A stretch of 64,000 nucleotides of DNA from an uncultured Candidatus Rokubacteria bacterium (GTDB lineage Bacteria; Methylomirabilota; Methylomirabilia; Rokubacteriales; CSP1-6). Both the position numbers and the translations under genes were made by a program. Below, piece after piece: positions 61,227 to 64,000 of the stretch; positions within the stretch are counted from its first letter, which is position 1, and the number at the start of each line of letters is the position of its first letter. The DNA is taken from positions 672,001 to 736,000 of the forward strand of contig CAVVEU010000024.1 of assembly GCA_963747235.1 (NCBI GenBank). The letters run 5' to 3'. Below the pieces are notes generated by a model. That model worked only from the letters and a program-made list of their open reading frames with translations. It ran no database searches and had not been told where the DNA came from.

Positions 61227-63428
61227 TCAGGCCGGGATCAGCCAGAGGGCGCCGAGCGGCGGCAGGGTGAGCACCACCGAGTGCGGCTGTCCGTGCCAGG
61301 GAACCGGCTCGCTCGCCACGCCGCCCGCGTTGCCCACGTCGCTGCCGCCGTAGACGGAGGCGTCGGAGTTGACCGCCTCCCGGTAGAAGCCGGGGCGGGG
61401 GACGCCGACCCGATAGCCCCGCCGCGCCACCGGGGTGAAGTTGCACGCGCAGAGGAGCAGCCGCTCCTGGTTCCGGGAGAAGCGGCAGAACGTCACGATG
61501 CTCTGCTCCCAGTCGCTGCAGTCCATCCACTGGAAGCCCGACGCTTCGAAGTCGACTTCGTAGAGCGACGGCTCGTTCCGGTAGACGTGGTTCAGGTCCT
61601 TCATGAGCCGCTGGACGCCGCGGTGGTACGGGCCCATGTCGAGCAGCGACCAGTCCAGCGCGCGGTCGTGGCTCCACTCGTCCGACTGGCCGAACTCGCC
61701 GCCCATGAAGAGGAGCTTCTTGCCCGGGTACGCCCACATGAACGCGTAGAGCAGGCGCAGGTTCGCGAAGCGCTGCCAGTCGTCGCCGGGCATCTTGCGG
61801 GCCAGCGAGCGCTTGCCGTAGACCACCTCGTCGTGGGAGAGCGGCAGCACGAAGTTCTCGGTCCACGCGTAGAGGAGGCCGAAGGTGAGCTGGTTGTGGT
61901 GGTACTTCCGGTGCACCGGCTCGTGCTGCATGAACTCGAGGATGTCGTGCATCCAGCCCATGTTCCACTTGAAGCCGAAGCCGAGCCCGCCGAGGTGGAC
62001 CGGGCGCGAGACCTGGGGCCACGCGGTCGATTCCTCGGCGATGGTGGAGGCGCCCGGCTGGCCGCCGTAGACCACCTCGTTCAGCTTGCGGAGGAAGGCG
62101 AGCGCCTCCAGGTTCTCGCGGCCGCCGTACTCGTTGGGGATCCACTCGCCCGCCTTCCGCGAGTAGTCGCGGTAGATCATGGAGGCGACCGCGTCCACGC
62201 GCAGGCCGTCGATGTGGTAGCGCTCGAGCCAGAACACCGCGTTGGCGATCAGGAAGTTGGCGACCTCGCGGCGGCCGTAGTTGAACACCCGGGTGCCCCA
62301 GTCGGGGTGGTCGCGCAGGTTCGGGTCGTCGTGCTCGTAGAGGTGGGTGCCGTCGAAGAAGGCGAGGCCGTGGGCGTCCTTGGGGAAGTGCGCGGGCACC
62401 CAGTCCATGATCACCCCGATGCCGCGGCGGTGGAGCGTGTCCACGAACGCCATGAACTCGGCGGGGGTGCCGTAGCGGCGCGTCGGGGCGAAGTAGCCGA
62501 GCGTCTGGTAGCCCCACGAGGCGTAGTAGGGATGCTCGGTGACCGGCATGAGCTCCACGTGGGTGAAGCCCATCTCGCTCACGTAGTCGGCGAGCTGCTC
62601 GGCCAGCTCCCGGTAGCTCGGGAGCGTGCCGGGCTCGGCGCGCCGCCACGAGCCCAGGTGCACCTCGTACACCGACATGGGGCGGTGGAGCGCGTTGCGC
62701 CGCTTGCGCTCGTCCATCCACTCCGCGTCGCCCCAGGTGAACCCGTTGAGGTCGACGACCGCGGAGGCGGTGCGCGGATCGTCCGGCTCGAAGGCGAAGG
62801 CCACCGGGTCCGACTTCAGCGCGAGCAGCCCGCCGTCCCGCCCGATGATCTCGTACTTGTAGCGGGCGCCCAGCGGCACGCCGGGCAGGAAGATCTCCCA
62901 GATGCCGTTGCCCGGGTGCAGGCGCATGGGCTGCGTCCGCCCGTCCCAGCCGTTCCAGTCGCCGACCACGCTGACCCGCCGCGCGTTGGGCGCCCACACC
63001 GCGAAGCGCACGCCGTCCACGCCTTCGTGACGGAGCGGGTGGGCCCCGAGCCGCTCGAAGAGGCGGAAGTGCGTGCCCTCGCCGAGCAGGTGCAGGTCGT
63101 AGCCGCTGAGGGTGGGCGTGAACCGGTAGGGATCCTCGATCTCGGTCACGCGCCCCTGATCGTCCACGAGGCGGAGCCGGTAGGCCAGGGGCAGCGCGCG
63201 CCGCCCCGGCACCTGGCCCTCCCAGAGGCCGCCCGGATGCGCCAGGCGCAGCGGGGTGATCGCGCCGTCGGGGGTGAGCGCGGCGGCCGCGCGGGCCGCG
63301 GGCAGGAAGGCCCGCACGCCGACCGTGCCGTCGCCGCCGGGGTGCGGGCCCAGTACCGCGAACGGGTCGCCGTGCTGGCCGGCGACGATGGTGTCCATGA
63401 CGTCGGAAGAGAGCGGCGTGAGAGGCAT
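61227..63428 (-). CDS. glgB: 1,4-alpha-glucan branching enzyme
   Basis: [63 protein letters not shown]. Confidence 0.96.
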   Translation of the reverse strand: MPLTPLSSDVMDTIVAGQHGDPFAVLGPHPGGDGTVGVRAFLPAARAAAALTPDGAITPLRLAHPGGLWEGQVPGRRALPLAYRLRLVDDQGRVTEIEDPYRFTPTLSGYDLHLLGEGTHFRLFERLGAHPLRHEGVDGVRFAVWAPNARRVSVVGDWNGWDGRTQPMRLHPGNGIWEIFLPGVPLGARYKYEIIGRDGGLLALKSDPVAFAFEPDDPRTASAVVDLNGFTWGDAEWMDERKRRNALHRPMSVYEVHLGSWRRAEPGTLPSYRELAEQLADYVSEMGFTHVELMPVTEHPYYASWGYQTLGYFAPTRRYGTPAEFMAFVDTLHRRGIGVIMDWVPAHFPKDAHGLAFFDGTHLYEHDDPNLRDHPDWGTRVFNYGRREVANFLIANAVFWLERYHIDGLRVDAVASMIYRDYSRKAGEWIPNEYGGRENLEALAFLRKLNEVVYGGQPGASTIAEESTAWPQVSRPVHLGGLGFGFKWNMGWMHDILEFMQHEPVHRKYHHNQLTFGLLYAWTENFVLPLSHDEVVYGKRSLARKMPGDDWQRFANLRLLYAFMWAYPGKKLLFMGGEFGQSDEWSHDRALDWSLLDMGPYHRGVQRLMKDLNHVYRNEPSLYEVDFEASGFQWMDCSDWEQSIVTFCRFSRNQERLLLCACNFTPVARRGYRVGVPRPGFYREAVNSDASVYGGSDVGNAGGVASEPVPWHGQPHSVVLTLPPLGALWLIPA

Positions 63429-63478
63429 CGGTTGGTCGGTCCTGCGCCGCTCGCCGGCAACCGCGCGAGCGGTGTCGT

Positions 63479-64000
63479 CTAGAACGAGCGGATCAGTCGC
63501 TCGACGCGCTCGTCGTGGCTCTGGAATGGGTCCTTGCAGAGAATGGTCTCGCGCTCCGGATCGTTGAGCTTGAGATAGACCCAGTCCACTCGGTAGTCCT
63601 TGCCCTTGAGGTTGGCCTGACGGATGAATTCGCCCCGCAGCCGGGCCCGCGTGGTCTGCGGGGGCACGTGCTTGGCGCGCTCGATGGACTCGTCGTCGGT
63701 GATGCGGTCCACCAGGTCGCGACGTACCAGACTGAAGTAGAGGCCCTTGTCGGGCCGGATGTCGTGGTACTGGAGGTCCATGAGCGAGACCTTCGGGTCC
63801 CGCCAGGACAGACGGTTCTTCTCCATGTAGGCCTGGATGAGCTGCTGCTTGATCACCCAGTCGACTTCCCGGTTGAGCTGCATCGGGTCGTCCGCGAGCT
63901 GCTCGATCACGTAGGTCCACCGCGCGAGCACGTCCCGGGTGACCGGATCCGCGTCGATGGTCTGCACGTAGCGGGTCGCGTGCTCGAGGTACTCCATCTG
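63479..64000 (-). CDS. pafA: Pup--protein ligase (C-terminal part; runs off window)
   Basis: DWVIK, DLQYHDI...[40 protein letters not shown]; the C-terminus fits PafA better than Dop. Confidence 0.85.
   Translation of the reverse strand, partial: QMEYLEHATRYVQTIDADPVTRDVLARWTYVIEQLADDPMQLNREVDWVIKQQLIQAYMEKNRLSWRDPKVSLMDLQYHDIRPDKGLYFSLVRRDLVDRITDDESIERAKHVPPQTTRARLRGEFIRQANLKGKDYRVDWVYLKLNDPERETILCKDPFQSHDERVERLIRSF

Overview
High-GC bacterial chromosomal segment from what looks like a long-read or metagenomic assembly: there are patches of single-base indels, mainly at 6.5-17.5, 30, 33-37.8 and 54.8-55.8 kb. The gene content combines diderm markers (kdsB, a TonB-dependent receptor) with a PafA-type Pup ligase and many Tat-exported ABC solute-binding proteins (SBPs). 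That mix suggests Rokubacteriales/Methylomirabilota, which is an inference. Layout: (i) 0-5.7 kb: CusF-like protein, hybrid GAF histidine kinase, cytochrome c, a SixA-methyltransferase fusion and tartrate dehydrogenase. (ii) 5.9-30.7 kb: a carbohydrate-type (CUT1) ABC transporter island with 5 SBPs, 5 permease pairs, only 1 ATPase and an embedded TonB-dependent receptor, interrupted by kdsB-MFS-MFS. (iii) 30.8-37.9 kb: three tandem family-5 SBPs plus DppBC, with no ATPase. (iv) 38-52.3 kb: a divergent catabolic cluster (XRE-cupin regulator, DMSO-reductase-family Mo enzyme, dienelactone hydrolase, Liv-type ABC, enamidase, AA_synth protein, LLM oxidoreductase, orphan xanthine-dehydrogenase-family large subunit, ModA-like SBP) that may encode an undescribed N-heterocycle pathway. 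(v) 52.3-57.8 kb: acyl-CoA dehydrogenase, USP, an EB_dh cytochrome behind a sigma54-like promoter, a candidate small RNA and lgt. (vi) 57.8-64 kb: pafA-glgB-glgX-gdh. Several palindromic repeat elements occur, some apparently inside coding frames. No rRNA, tRNA, CRISPR array, integrase or transposase was seen.
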